NCBI RefSeq assembly: GCF_025273655.1
Contig: NZ_CP045921.1
Location: forward strand, 960,001 to 992,000
Reading direction: 5' to 3'
From: Candidatus Saccharimonadota bacterium
Lineage (GTDB): Bacteria > Patescibacteriota > Saccharimonadia > Saccharimonadales > Saccharimonadaceae
DNA: 32,000 nt
Part shown: one piece after another, positions 22,913 through 31,299 of the stretch
How positions within the stretch are numbered: the stretch's first letter is position 1
How the letters are laid out: every line of letters begins with the position of its first letter
Notes under the pieces: model-generated
Database searches by the model: none
What the model was told of the DNA's origin: nothing
Seen by the model: the letters and a program-made list of their open reading frames with translations, nothing else
Made by a program: the position numbers and the translations under genes

Positions 22913-24677
22913 TTATTTTGAGTGACAGTTCGTCCAGCTGCGCGACATCGGCAGCACCTGGAGAGCTCATCATGACATCCACGCCAGAACCGTTTTTCGG
23001 AAATGCTACGACTTCGCGAATGTTATCTTGGCCGGTAAGCACCATGAAGATACGATCGATACCAAACGCACAGCCGGCGTGTGGTGGTGCGCCAAACTTG
23101 AAGGCGTTGATCATGGCGCCAAACTTGGCGTCGACATAGGCTGCGTCATAGCCGAGCAAGCCAAAGGCTTCGTACATAACTTCTGGATTGTGGTTGCGCA
23201 CCGCACCCGAGCAGATTTCATAGCCGTTCATAACCATGTCGTACTGATCTGCCACGAGCGCGAGTTTTTGCTCGTCTGTCTCGGCTGCACGCAACGCTTC
23301 GACGCCACCGCGCGGCATACTGAATGGGTTGTGTCCAAAGTCGACTCGACGCGCACCCTCGTCGTATTCGTAGAATGGAAAGTCGACGATCCAGGCCAGG
23401 GCGACTTTGTTTGGATCTTTGAGCTGGAAGTGATCGGCGAATTCACTGCGCAAATGACCCAGGACCTTGTTGACTGTTGCGCGTGTATCGGTTCCGAAGA
23501 ATACGGCGTCACCGTCACTCGCACCCAGCTTGGTCTGAATGGTAGTTAACTCTTCCGGTGTCAGGAATTTGGCGATTGGTGATACAGACTCACCGTTTTC
23601 GTATTTGATATACGCGAGGCCGCCTGCTCCTTCGCGTTTGGCCGTGTCGGTAAAGCCGTCGATTTGCTTACGGCTCAGGTTGGCGCCGCTCGGCACACAA
23701 ATTGCCTTTACGACGCCGCCGTTTGCAATCGTGTTTTTGAATACGCCAAATTCTGTCGCGCGCAGATCATCCGTAAGATCAATGAGCTCCATACCGAAGC
23801 GCAAATCTGGCTTATCCGAGCCGAAGCGATCCATAGCCTCCTGGTATGGAATGCGCGGCACATCATCGCTCACAAGCTGCTTGCCACCAAACTCGGTTGC
23901 GAGCTGTTTGATGAGTGGTTCCATGGTGCCTCGTACGACTTCGCCGTCATCCACAAACGCCATCTCGAGATCGAGCTGATAAAAGTCGCCATACAAGCGA
24001 TCGGCGCGCGGGTCTTCGTCACGAAAACACGTGGCAATCTGGTAATAGCGTGGTACACCACCCACCATGAGCAGCTGCTTGAACTGCTGTGGTGCTTGTG
24101 GCAGGGCATAGAATTTACCCGGATACACACGACTTGGCACTAGGAAATCGCGAGCGCCTTCTGGACTGCTATTTGCGAGAATAGGCGTCGTCACTTCGGT
24201 AAACTCATGCTCGTCCATATAGCGGCGCAGCACTTTGTAGTACTCCGAGCGCTGTTTCAGAGTATTCTGCATAGTTGGACGGCGCAGATCGAGATAGCGA
24301 TATTTGAGCCGCAGCTCTTCGCCAGACTGTTGCCCTTCGTCGCGCGTGGCTACTGGCAGTGGCTCAGATTTATTCAATACCTCGAGTGTGTCGACGACGA
24401 TCTCAATACCACCGGTTGGGATATTGGGGTTTTTCAGCCCCTCATCGCGCTCTTTGACATTACCGACGACGCGCAGTACATACTCATCACGCACATGCTC
24501 AGCCAAGCCAAATGCCTCGGACTGTTCAGGGTTGATCACGAGCTGTACGATGCCAGTGTGATCACGCAAATCAATGAAGATCAGGCCACCATGATCGCGA
24601 CGGCTATTGACCCAGCCGCTCACGCTCACAGTTTGGCCGATATGTTGTGTGGTGTCAGTAGAAAGAATACGCTGCAT
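22902..24677 (-). CDS. aspS: aspartate--tRNA ligase, bacterial type with the GAD insertion
   Basis: VSVSGWVNSRRDHGGLIFIDLRDHTGIVQLV (OB fold), FRDEDPRADR (motif 2) and GAPPHAGCAFGIDRI (motif 3), in a protein of 591 aa. Confidence 0.95.
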   Translation of the reverse strand: MQRILSTDTTQHIGQTVSVSGWVNSRRDHGGLIFIDLRDHTGIVQLVINPEQSEAFGLAEHVRDEYVLRVVGNVKERDEGLKNPNIPTGGIEIVVDTLEVLNKSEPLPVATRDEGQQSGEELRLKYRYLDLRRPTMQNTLKQRSEYYKVLRRYMDEHEFTEVTTPILANSSPEGARDFLVPSRVYPGKFYALPQAPQQFKQLLMVGGVPRYYQIATCFRDEDPRADRLYGDFYQLDLEMAFVDDGEVVRGTMEPLIKQLATEFGGKQLVSDDVPRIPYQEAMDRFGSDKPDLRFGMELIDLTDDLRATEFGVFKNTIANGGVVKAICVPSGANLSRKQIDGFTDTAKREGAGGLAYIKYENGESVSPIAKFLTPEELTTIQTKLGASDGDAVFFGTDTRATVNKVLGHLRSEFADHFQLKDPNKVALAWIVDFPFYEYDEGARRVDFGHNPFSMPRGGVEALRAAETDEQKLALVADQYDMVMNGYEICSGAVRNHNPEVMYEAFGLLGYDAAYVDAKFGAMINAFKFGAPPHAGCAFGIDRIFMVLTGQDNIREVVAFPKNGSGVDVMMSSPGAADVAQLDELSLKIIES

Positions 24678-24712
24678 ATGAGGTATATTTTACCATGTAT
24701 AACAGAGATGCG

Positions 24713-25726
24713 CTAGACGTCGGTATGCTTTGCTGGCTCGTTGTTGCCACGTGGGTTACGAGCAGCCACAGCGCGAAGGTCTTCATGCGCGTCGAACTCA
24801 TCCACAATTTTGCGGCCTAGTAACGCCTCTACCGTATCTTCAAGTGTGAGAATGCCGACTGTTTCGCGGTATTCGTTTACCACTACAAACAGGTGATGGT
24901 GTGTACGCAGAAACGCGGCCAGCGCATGATCAAGTGTCTGATCTTGGTGGATATAATGCACTGGCGTTGTCATAAGCTCGGATGCACGGTGCGTCTTTTT
25001 GTCGTGGAGCTGAAGAAGATTGTGAATATACAAGATACCAACAACGTGATCGACGTCGCTTTCGACAACAGGAAAGCGGCTATGCCCTGTCTGATGTAGT
25101 TCGTCGAGGATGAGCGGTCCAAGTAGCTCGTCATGTTTGACGGTATCCATGACGCTGCGCGGTGTCATGACAGATTCTACCGAAATACTAGAAAACTCAA
25201 GACCGTAGCGGATAAGCTTCTGCTCGTCTTTACTGAGTACCATCGGCAGTTGCTCGACTGTGTGCAGAAATTCTTCGCGCGACGCGATATACGTATCCCC
25301 CTGACCACTCTGCAGTACACTACGGAAAAACTTGAACACACCACGATGCTGCGACACAAAGTGCAGCGAAGGATGCTCGAGCCGCTCATATAAGTGCTGC
25401 GAAGTGGCATGCACAGGTCTGAGACGTGCCAATGTGCCATAGAGCAGCACGCCTGCCACCGCTACAAACGCACCCATGAGCCAGCCGAAGGCAGTTAGCG
25501 CCAAGAGGATAAATACCACCAAGACAAGTGCCGTAAGTACACGCAGCACGCCTGCTACGTCTTCGGCCGTGTCTTCGCGCTGAATATCCCAGGCGATGTC
25601 TTTGTCGCCTTGTTTGCTGCGGCGTGTTCGCTCGAACACACTGTAGCGCGAGCGGTTTGGTACGACACTCGCCAGCACGATCAGCAGCGCGTAGATTACA
25701 ACAGTTACGAGCATAAGTCCAAACAT
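24713..25726 (-). CDS. DUF21-plus-CBS-pair membrane protein (CNNM/CorB-HlyC family), lacking the CorC_HlyC C-terminal domain
   Basis: N-terminal TM helices are followed by a CBS pair (VESVMTPRSVMDTV...HSRFPVV...VVGILYIHNLL...TTPVHYIHQDQTLDHALAAFLRTHHHLFVVVNEYRETVGILTLEDTVEALLG). Confidence 0.8.
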   Translation of the reverse strand: MFGLMLVTVVIYALLIVLASVVPNRSRYSVFERTRRSKQGDKDIAWDIQREDTAEDVAGVLRVLTALVLVVFILLALTAFGWLMGAFVAVAGVLLYGTLARLRPVHATSQHLYERLEHPSLHFVSQHRGVFKFFRSVLQSGQGDTYIASREEFLHTVEQLPMVLSKDEQKLIRYGLEFSSISVESVMTPRSVMDTVKHDELLGPLILDELHQTGHSRFPVVESDVDHVVGILYIHNLLQLHDKKTHRASELMTTPVHYIHQDQTLDHALAAFLRTHHHLFVVVNEYRETVGILTLEDTVEALLGRKIVDEFDAHEDLRAVAARNPRGNNEPAKHTDV

Positions 25727-25751
25727 CGTAGTGCTACTATAGCATGCTCAG

Positions 25752-25780
25752 TTGCTCCTCTGCCAAGAGTTTACTATACT
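25752..25780 (+). promoter_or_regulatory. sigma70-type promoter for the DsbA-like gene
   Basis: TTGCTC (25752..25757), a 17-nt spacer, then TATACT (25775..25780). Confidence 0.45.
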
Positions 25781-25814
25781 AGTTGAAGTAACATAAGGAG
25801 TTTTAGAGAAAACT

Positions 25815-26501
25815 ATGGACAAACGCACCTGGATTATATTTGGTGTCGCGGTCGTTGCTATCTTGGCTGGCCTCGTCATGCTGTCTCGTCAGAAGTCTGT
25901 CGATGTAAGCGGTGTCAACAACGCCACAGTACGCACGAGCGGCGACACCAATTCAGAAATTGCCGACCACGTATTCGGCAAACCCGATAAAAAAGTTGTA
26001 CTCATCGAGTACGGAGATTTCCAATGCCCTGGGTGCGGCACCTTCCACACCAACTTCGCACCGATTATGGATGATTACAAAGACAAGATCACTTTTGTGT
26101 TCCGTAACTTCCCTATCACCACTATCCACCCAAATGCCCGCGTAGCCGCCGCCAGTGCCGAAGCGGCAGGCCTACAAGGCAAATACTGGGAGATGTGGAA
26201 CGCGCTCTACGAACAGCAAAATAGCTGGAACAATCTCGGTACTGACACTCGTGACCAATACTTTGAGTCAATGGCCACTGCGCTCAAACTCGATATGAAT
26301 AAGTTCAAATCTGACGTAACAAGTAGTAAGGTGTCAACCAAAATTAACTTTGACCAATCGCTTGGTAAGGCAAATGGAGTGACGGGCACACCAACACTGT
26401 TTTTGAACGGCAAGATTCTTCCAACTGATCAATACAACTCGACGGATACAATCAAAAACACCCTCGACACCGCGCTCAAAGAAGCAGGGGCTGACAAATA
26501 A
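25815..26501 (+). CDS. DsbA-family thiol:disulfide oxidoreductase, membrane-anchored
   Basis: An N-terminal TM followed by a thioredoxin fold with the active site FQCPGCGTFH. Confidence 0.85.
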   Translation: MDKRTWIIFGVAVVAILAGLVMLSRQKSVDVSGVNNATVRTSGDTNSEIADHVFGKPDKKVVLIEYGDFQCPGCGTFHTNFAPIMDDYKDKITFVFRNFPITTIHPNARVAAASAEAAGLQGKYWEMWNALYEQQNSWNNLGTDTRDQYFESMATALKLDMNKFKSDVTSSKVSTKINFDQSLGKANGVTGTPTLFLNGKILPTDQYNSTDTIKNTLDTALKEAGADK

Positions 26502-26521
26502 CTTCAAGCCATAGAGATTGA

Positions 26522-26555
26522 AATAACCCCCTCTTGTATGAGGGGGTTATTATTT
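26522..26555. terminator. intrinsic terminator, usable from both strands
   Basis: AATAACCCCCTC-ttgtat-GAGGGGGTTATT followed by ATTT. Confidence 0.75.
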
Positions 26556-26563
26556 GCCCACGC

Positions 26564-26656
26564 CTAGTGTGCGATGTAGACTTGCCATTCGGCAGGTTCC
26601 ACCGTCACTGCGACTTTTTTGCTTCTAGAAGCAGCGTAGTCGACATGAATCGGCAT
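26564..26656 (-). CDS. candidate 30-aa micro-protein
   Basis: AAGGAG lies 7 nt upstream of the ATG at 26656 (MPIHVDYAASRSKKVAVTVEPAEWQVYIAH). A consensus promoter lies about 90 nt upstream and a terminator downstream. Coding status is unproven. Confidence 0.35.
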   Translation of the reverse strand: MPIHVDYAASRSKKVAVTVEPAEWQVYIAH

Positions 26657-26750
26657 GTGTAATCTCCTTGTTAATACAGCTCCACGCATTCGACCTTTAG
26701 GTTTGCCATAAAAGTTTTCTGTGTGTGTTAGTGCGCGGAACACAAGATCA

Positions 26751-26779
26751 ATAGTATCAATATCTATTATTTGTGTCAA
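26751..26779 (-). promoter_or_regulatory. near-consensus sigma70 promoter of the orphan unit
   Basis: On the minus strand: TTGACA (26779..26774), a 17-nt spacer, then TACTAT (26756..26751). Confidence 0.55.
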
Positions 26780-26855
26780 GAATTAACAAGCACAGTGCTT
26801 CTGCTTATTCCTATACTACACGTTTATAGCGTGCAGCACAAGCGTTTCTGTAGAC

Positions 26856-26887
26856 AAAACTCCCCGACTCTTACGTCGGGGAGTTTT
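26856..26887 (-). terminator. intrinsic terminator of the DHA2 MFS gene
   Basis: On the minus strand: AAAACTCCCCGAC-gtaaga-GTCGGGGAGTTTT, a 13-bp stem with a U-run. Confidence 0.8.
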
Positions 26888-26905
26888 CAGCTGAGCACCC
26901 CCAGG

Positions 26906-28597
26906 CTAGATACCTGGCGTCTGATCTGGTGAAGCGCTACGGAGCGGCTTCTCTTTGATCATGAATACCAGTACCGCCGCACCTAGCATGAGTATGCCCG
27001 ACACCATGAAGATGCGCTGTAAACTATCGCTAAATGCATGGGTAATCTTGTAGGCAAAGTTGTCTTGCTGCTGCGTAAACTGCTCAATCGCCTTCTGCCG
27101 TGCTGCTTCTGGAATCGGCAACTTCTCGATCGCCACAGTAGATGCATCTGTGATCTTCTGCTTGATATCCGGCATGTTCAGGTTGAGCAGTGTGTCAGAG
27201 CTTTCGATACTTCCCATCTGTTGCACGGTCGGGTTTTTGGCCAGTTTCTGCACATATGGGTCATTCTGAATACCTGCCAGGCCGCTCGTGAGACCAGCTG
27301 TCAGCATGGCGCCAAATACTGCGACACCAATGGTTGAGCCAAGGCTACGGAACAACTGACTCGAGCTGGTGGCCGCACCAAGATCATGCTGTTTGAACTC
27401 GTTTTGCACAGCCAAGTTCATAACTGGCATGACCACACCGAGACCAGCACCAAGTAGTACCATCAATATAGCCTCATACATGTAGCTACTCTCTGGGGTA
27501 AGCGTCGACAGACCGAAGACTGTGGCGGTAGCTAGTACGATACCTACCTGCATGAAAATCTTGTAGCGACCAGTGCGCGAGATGATCTGACCCGAGGTGA
27601 TAGAGGTGGTCATGAGACCAGCAATCATCGGCAGGAGCATCAGACCAGACTGAGTTGGCGTGGCGCCAAACACTTGCTGGTTGAACTGTGTCAGATACAA
27701 GATCGAGCCCATAAACGCTGCACCAAACAGTGTCGCGATACCCATAATGAGCACATAGTTACGATTCTGGAAGAAGCGTGGCGGAAGAATCGGCTCCTGA
27801 GCACGACGCTCTACCCAGACGAACAGGCCTGTAGCAGCCACGACTACCGCAGCCATGATAGAGCGGAGAACCGTCAGTGACATACCCGTATTGGCTAGGA
27901 AATCGGCAAAGATTTTGTCAGTATTGTCGACAGCCAGCACCAGCGTGCCAAGTGCCACGGCGAGCAAAATTGCACCCGCATAGTCGATAGACGGCTTCTT
28001 GTCATGTCGCAGTAGCGGACAGAAAATCGCGATGAGCGCAAAGGCTGCGATCGCCACAGGTACATTGATATAGAACGTCCAACGCCAGTCAGTCGTGAGG
28101 CCGAAGATCGTATTGTGATCTGTCAACCAGCCACCAAGCAATGGTCCAATAACAGAGCTAAGTCCGAAGACCGCACCGAAGAGCCCCTGCCATTTACCGC
28201 GTTCGCGAGCGGCAAACAAGTCACCGATAATCGTAAAGGCGTTGGCAGTGATGATACCACCACCGATACCCTGAACAGCGCGCCACAGTATAAGCTGATC
28301 GACATTGCCCGCCAAGCCGCTCATAAGTGAGGCCGCGCCAAAGATTGCCGCACCGATGAGGAGCAGCGTTTTGCGACCATAGAGGTCAGAAAGTTTACCG
28401 GCGATAGGCACAGTAATTGTTGTCGTGAGCAGGTATGCCGTTACAATCCAACTCAGTGAGCTGAAGGCGTTGAACTCTTCGACGATCTTGCCTAGTGCGG
28501 TCGACACGATCGTCTGATCGAGCGCCACTAGGAACAAGCTCGCCATCACGCTCAGCATGATAATCAGTTTGTTGCGTAGAGGGAGATTATGATGCAT
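26906..28597 (-). CDS. MFS transporter, DHA2 (EmrB/QacA-like, 14-TM) drug:H+ antiporter family
   Basis: LVALDQTIVSTALGKI (a DHA2 signature), motif A GKLSDLYGRKTLLL and about 14 TM helices. I set the start to the ATG at 28597 (MHHNLPLRNK...). The track's N-terminal extension would overlap the AbrB gene. Confidence 0.85.
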   Translation of the reverse strand: MHHNLPLRNKLIIMLSVMASLFLVALDQTIVSTALGKIVEEFNAFSSLSWIVTAYLLTTTITVPIAGKLSDLYGRKTLLLIGAAIFGAASLMSGLAGNVDQLILWRAVQGIGGGIITANAFTIIGDLFAARERGKWQGLFGAVFGLSSVIGPLLGGWLTDHNTIFGLTTDWRWTFYINVPVAIAAFALIAIFCPLLRHDKKPSIDYAGAILLAVALGTLVLAVDNTDKIFADFLANTGMSLTVLRSIMAAVVVAATGLFVWVERRAQEPILPPRFFQNRNYVLIMGIATLFGAAFMGSILYLTQFNQQVFGATPTQSGLMLLPMIAGLMTTSITSGQIISRTGRYKIFMQVGIVLATATVFGLSTLTPESSYMYEAILMVLLGAGLGVVMPVMNLAVQNEFKQHDLGAATSSSQLFRSLGSTIGVAVFGAMLTAGLTSGLAGIQNDPYVQKLAKNPTVQQMGSIESSDTLLNLNMPDIKQKITDASTVAIEKLPIPEAARQKAIEQFTQQQDNFAYKITHAFSDSLQRIFMVSGILMLGAAVLVFMIKEKPLRSASPDQTPGI

Positions 28598-28838
28598 CTT
28601 TTGGATCCTCTTCTTTCTGGAGCATTTGCTGGAACGATTCGACATGACCAACCATAGTGTTGAGCATATGTTCAAGCTGTTCTTCTTTGATGAAGCCCGT
28701 CCAACCGGCTTTTTCTGAGCCGACACAGTAGAGCTTATCTCCTTCGTTAATATTAAGCGCTTCGCGCGCTGCGGCCGGTATAACTACCTGACCTTTGGTA
28801 CCGACAGTGGCCGTACCGTAGAGTTTTTTATCGTGCAT
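28587..28838 (-). CDS. AbrB/MazE/SpoVT-family DNA-binding protein (83 aa)
   Basis: AGGAG lies 8 nt upstream of the ATG at 28838. GTATVGTKGQVVIPAAAREALNINEGDKLY is the swapped-hairpin barrel motif. It overlaps the MFS start by 11 nt. Confidence 0.85.
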   Translation of the reverse strand: MHDKKLYGTATVGTKGQVVIPAAAREALNINEGDKLYCVGSEKAGWTGFIKEEQLEHMLNTMVGHVESFQQMLQKEEDPKDAS

Positions 28839-28860
28839 AAGACACACTCCTTTCCCTACC

Positions 28861-28889
28861 AATATATACAAGTATGAAAAGTATGTCAA
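28861..28889 (-). promoter_or_regulatory. near-consensus sigma70 promoter of the AbrB-MFS operon
   Basis: On the minus strand: TTGACA (28889..28884), a 17-nt spacer, then TATATT (28866..28861). Confidence 0.6.
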
Positions 28890-28901
28890 GTCATATAAAA
28901 T

Positions 28902-28929
28902 ATTACTCCGCATGAAGGTACGGAGTAAT
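28902..28929 (-). terminator. terminator hairpin after the GlsB-like gene
   Basis: ATTACTCCG, a 10-nt loop, then CGGAGTAAT. On the minus strand it is followed by ATTTTAT. Confidence 0.55.
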
Positions 28930-28949
28930 AAAGAGTAGCCACCTATAGC

Positions 28950-29225
28950 TTATGCATGCGTATGTGCTTGAGACGACATACCAGTAAACAGCTTGAGGAG
29001 CGCAAGCAGAATTACCGAGCCGACGAATGCTACAAACAGACTCTGCAACGAGAAACCTGCCAAATCGATGCCAAACAACATCCCCATCAACCACCCGCCA
29101 AGCATCGCGCCCACGATACCAACGATAATATTCATGAATACCCCCATCTGGGCATCCGTCTTCATCACCATGGAAGCGATCCACCCCGCGAGTCCTCCGA
29201 TGATAATCCAGCTTATGATTCCCAT
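28950..29225 (-). CDS. GlsB/YeaQ/YmgE family (transglycosylase-associated) small membrane protein
   Basis: AAAGGAGG lies 5 nt upstream of the ATG at 29225. The family pattern is MGIISWIIIGGLAGWIASMVM...IIVGIVGAMLGGWL. Confidence 0.85.
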   Translation of the reverse strand: MGIISWIIIGGLAGWIASMVMKTDAQMGVFMNIIVGIVGAMLGGWLMGMLFGIDLAGFSLQSLFVAFVGSVILLALLKLFTGMSSQAHTHA

Positions 29226-29293
29226 ACTCACCTCCTTTAAATTAGGTTTGTACCCCACTTATACACCTATTTTATGAGAATTTGCTGTAATCG

Positions 29294-30256
29294 CTAGCGT
29301 GTTGTTGCGAGGCTCGTCTTGCTTTCCAGGCGTGCGTTGATATGCGCCCCAATTAACAGCGCTACCGCACTCAGATTGAACCATATCATGAGCACTACGA
29401 TACCTGCGAAGAGGCTATATGAACTGCTAAACGTTGCAAAATAGCGCGTATATAGAAATAGTCCAACCGTCGCAAGCAGCCAAATACCCGTCGCAAATAC
29501 CGCCCCCCACGAAGCCCAGCGCCATTTTGCTCGTGGACGATTGGGGCCGTAACGATATAGAGCCGCAAAGCCAGCGCTTACTAGTGCAAGTAACAACGGC
29601 CAGCGTATTATCCCAACTACGTCCACCAGCTGCACCGGCACACCCCAGCCCACCATATAATCGTCGACGATGAGCAGAAACGCCAGACAGACCGCAAACA
29701 ACAAGATGCAAATAAGCACCACAAAACTCACGATACGTAGCTTCACGATATTTCGCGTCTCGATCACTCCATATGCTACATTGAGCGAACGAAGTGTGTT
29801 CTCGGCGGCGGCCGAGGCGCCAAATAGCGCTACTACGATAGCGATAATCGCTACCACGAAATTACCGCCAAATTTACCAGCCTGAGCTTCGAGTTGCGAC
29901 GAAAGCAAGCCTGCGATGTCTGCCGGTAAATACGCGTTCACTTCACGCACGACACTTGCCACTTGGTCGGTCGAGATCATCATCGATGCGATAGCAATCA
30001 CCGCTGCGAAACTCGGGAAAAAAGCCAAGGCTGCGAAGTACGCAATACCAGCAGCCAGTGTCATAGTATTGCGCTCATTCATATCACTCAGCACTTCGCC
30101 AACGACAGAGCGATGACTCGCCCATGGAAGTCCAAAGGGACTATGTGCTGCAAGCTTGGCATTGCTACGCTCATGCCGAAGCCAAGAAAACGTCAGCGCC
30201 GTGCCGAGCGCTCCTACAATACCGGCAGCAATACCGATGTATTTCTTGTGCTTCAT
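29294..30256 (-). CDS. YihY/BrkB family membrane protein
   Basis: TLAAGIAYFAALAFFPSFAAVIAI and six TM helices typical of YihY. Confidence 0.85.
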   Translation of the reverse strand: MKHKKYIGIAAGIVGALGTALTFSWLRHERSNAKLAAHSPFGLPWASHRSVVGEVLSDMNERNTMTLAAGIAYFAALAFFPSFAAVIAIASMMISTDQVASVVREVNAYLPADIAGLLSSQLEAQAGKFGGNFVVAIIAIVVALFGASAAAENTLRSLNVAYGVIETRNIVKLRIVSFVVLICILLFAVCLAFLLIVDDYMVGWGVPVQLVDVVGIIRWPLLLALVSAGFAALYRYGPNRPRAKWRWASWGAVFATGIWLLATVGLFLYTRYFATFSSSYSLFAGIVVLMIWFNLSAVALLIGAHINARLESKTSLATTR

Positions 30257-30276
30257 CGTAGCTTGATTGTAACACT

Positions 30277-31197
30277 CTAGCGCTTACGGAGGAAGTATAC
30301 CCCGAGCGGCAGCGCGACAAGCGCACTCAGACCGATCACTATCCAGAACATATATGGCGCATGTTCTCCCGGAAGGTCAACATTCATGCCAAACAACCCG
30401 GCAAACATGGTCGGGATGGTGCAAGTGAGAGTGATAACAGTGAGCAAGCGGATTGTTTCGTTGAGCCTGGTATCCATGACCGCGCGGTAACTGTCGCGGA
30501 GATTGGTGATAGTACGCAGCAGCGATTTACAGCGAGCGATGAGCTGTTCAAAGTCGATCGAGAGATCTTCCACCAAATCACGATCGTCTTCGTAGAGTGG
30601 TAAAATCTTGCCACTAAGAAGCTTTTCAAGTGCAGTGTTGGTAGGCTGAAGTGCGTCTAGGTAATCGTTGAGTTTGCGCTCATATTCGGTCATAGTGGCG
30701 ATGTCGCGAGCTTTGAGTGTATGGACGCTACTAGTGGTAGCGCGCATCTGACGATTGATGGTGGCGATGCGCGTCTGGTATTGCCGTGCGATAGCATCGA
30801 GCATGTGCATCAGAAGTTTTGGCTGCTGCGTAGTAGGCGCAAGCGTCCGGTCGATAAAAGGCTGCCAGAGCCGCCCTAGACTGTCGCGACTTACTGTCAC
30901 CAGATATTTGTTACTGAGTGCAAACATGATCGGCGTTGTGAAATCGTTGAACTCATCGTCTGTATCCGGCAGACGCGTGATGAAGTATGTCCAACCATCC
31001 TCCAGCTCTACACGCGGCACCTCGTGCGGGTCAAGCGCATCGGCTAGGATGTCGGCATCAATACCGAGCGTCACAAGGTCTTGTTTCTCGTCGTCATTCG
31101 GTCGTTCCGAACGGATCCAGCTACCAGGCTGGAGTTCGTCGCGCTGTTTGATAGCAGGTCGATAATGTGTAGAGCGAAGATATGAGATCATACTCAC
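30277..31197 (-). CDS. corA: CorA-family magnesium/cobalt transporter
   Basis: A cytoplasmic N-terminal domain, two C-terminal TM helices and the signature FAGLFGMNVDLPG (GMN). Confidence 0.9.
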   Translation of the reverse strand: MSMISYLRSTHYRPAIKQRDELQPGSWIRSERPNDDEKQDLVTLGIDADILADALDPHEVPRVELEDGWTYFITRLPDTDDEFNDFTTPIMFALSNKYLVTVSRDSLGRLWQPFIDRTLAPTTQQPKLLMHMLDAIARQYQTRIATINRQMRATTSSVHTLKARDIATMTEYERKLNDYLDALQPTNTALEKLLSGKILPLYEDDRDLVEDLSIDFEQLIARCKSLLRTITNLRDSYRAVMDTRLNETIRLLTVITLTCTIPTMFAGLFGMNVDLPGEHAPYMFWIVIGLSALVALPLGVYFLRKR

Positions 31198-31237
31198 CCA
31201 CCTCTCGTATGGTTATATTTGCTATATAGTTAGCTAT

Positions 31238-31266
31238 ATTTTAGCATATTTTTTGTTCAAATGCAA
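31238..31266 (-). promoter_or_regulatory. corA promoter
   Basis: On the minus strand: TTGCAT (31266..31261), a 17-nt spacer, then TGcTAAAAT (-10 at 31243..31238). The -35 sits inside the palindrome ATGCAAG-ca-CTTGCAT at 31261..31276. Confidence 0.5.
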
Positions 31267-31299
31267 GCACTTGCATCACTGTACCCGTATGATACTGCG

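Noticed and set aside
23028-24716. Four long plus-strand ORFs (146-173 aa) opposite aspS.
   Set aside because: They lie antisense to a gene whose protein carries all class-II AspRS motifs. They have no SD or promoter context, and their products are low-complexity and Arg/Ser/Cys-rich. They are typical shadow ORFs.
26657-26779. 71-aa version of the small ORF (MTQIIDIDTIDLVF...).
   Set aside because: Its start codon lies inside the predicted -35 hexamer, so it falls upstream of the likely TSS. The strong SD serves the internal ATG at 26656.
28587-28838. The AbrB/MazE-fold protein as the antitoxin of a type II toxin-antitoxin pair.
   Set aside because: The overlapping downstream gene is a 14-TM MFS transporter, not a toxin such as MazF, Doc or a PIN-domain protein. 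No small toxin ORF is present on either side.
28598-28913. Long N-terminal extensions of the MFS ORF (to 28726) and of the AbrB ORF (to 28913).
   Set aside because: The MFS extension is read out of frame across the AbrB gene. The AbrB extension precedes a good AGGAG-ATG (28838) and contains the promoter. Both are artefacts of longest-ORF calling.
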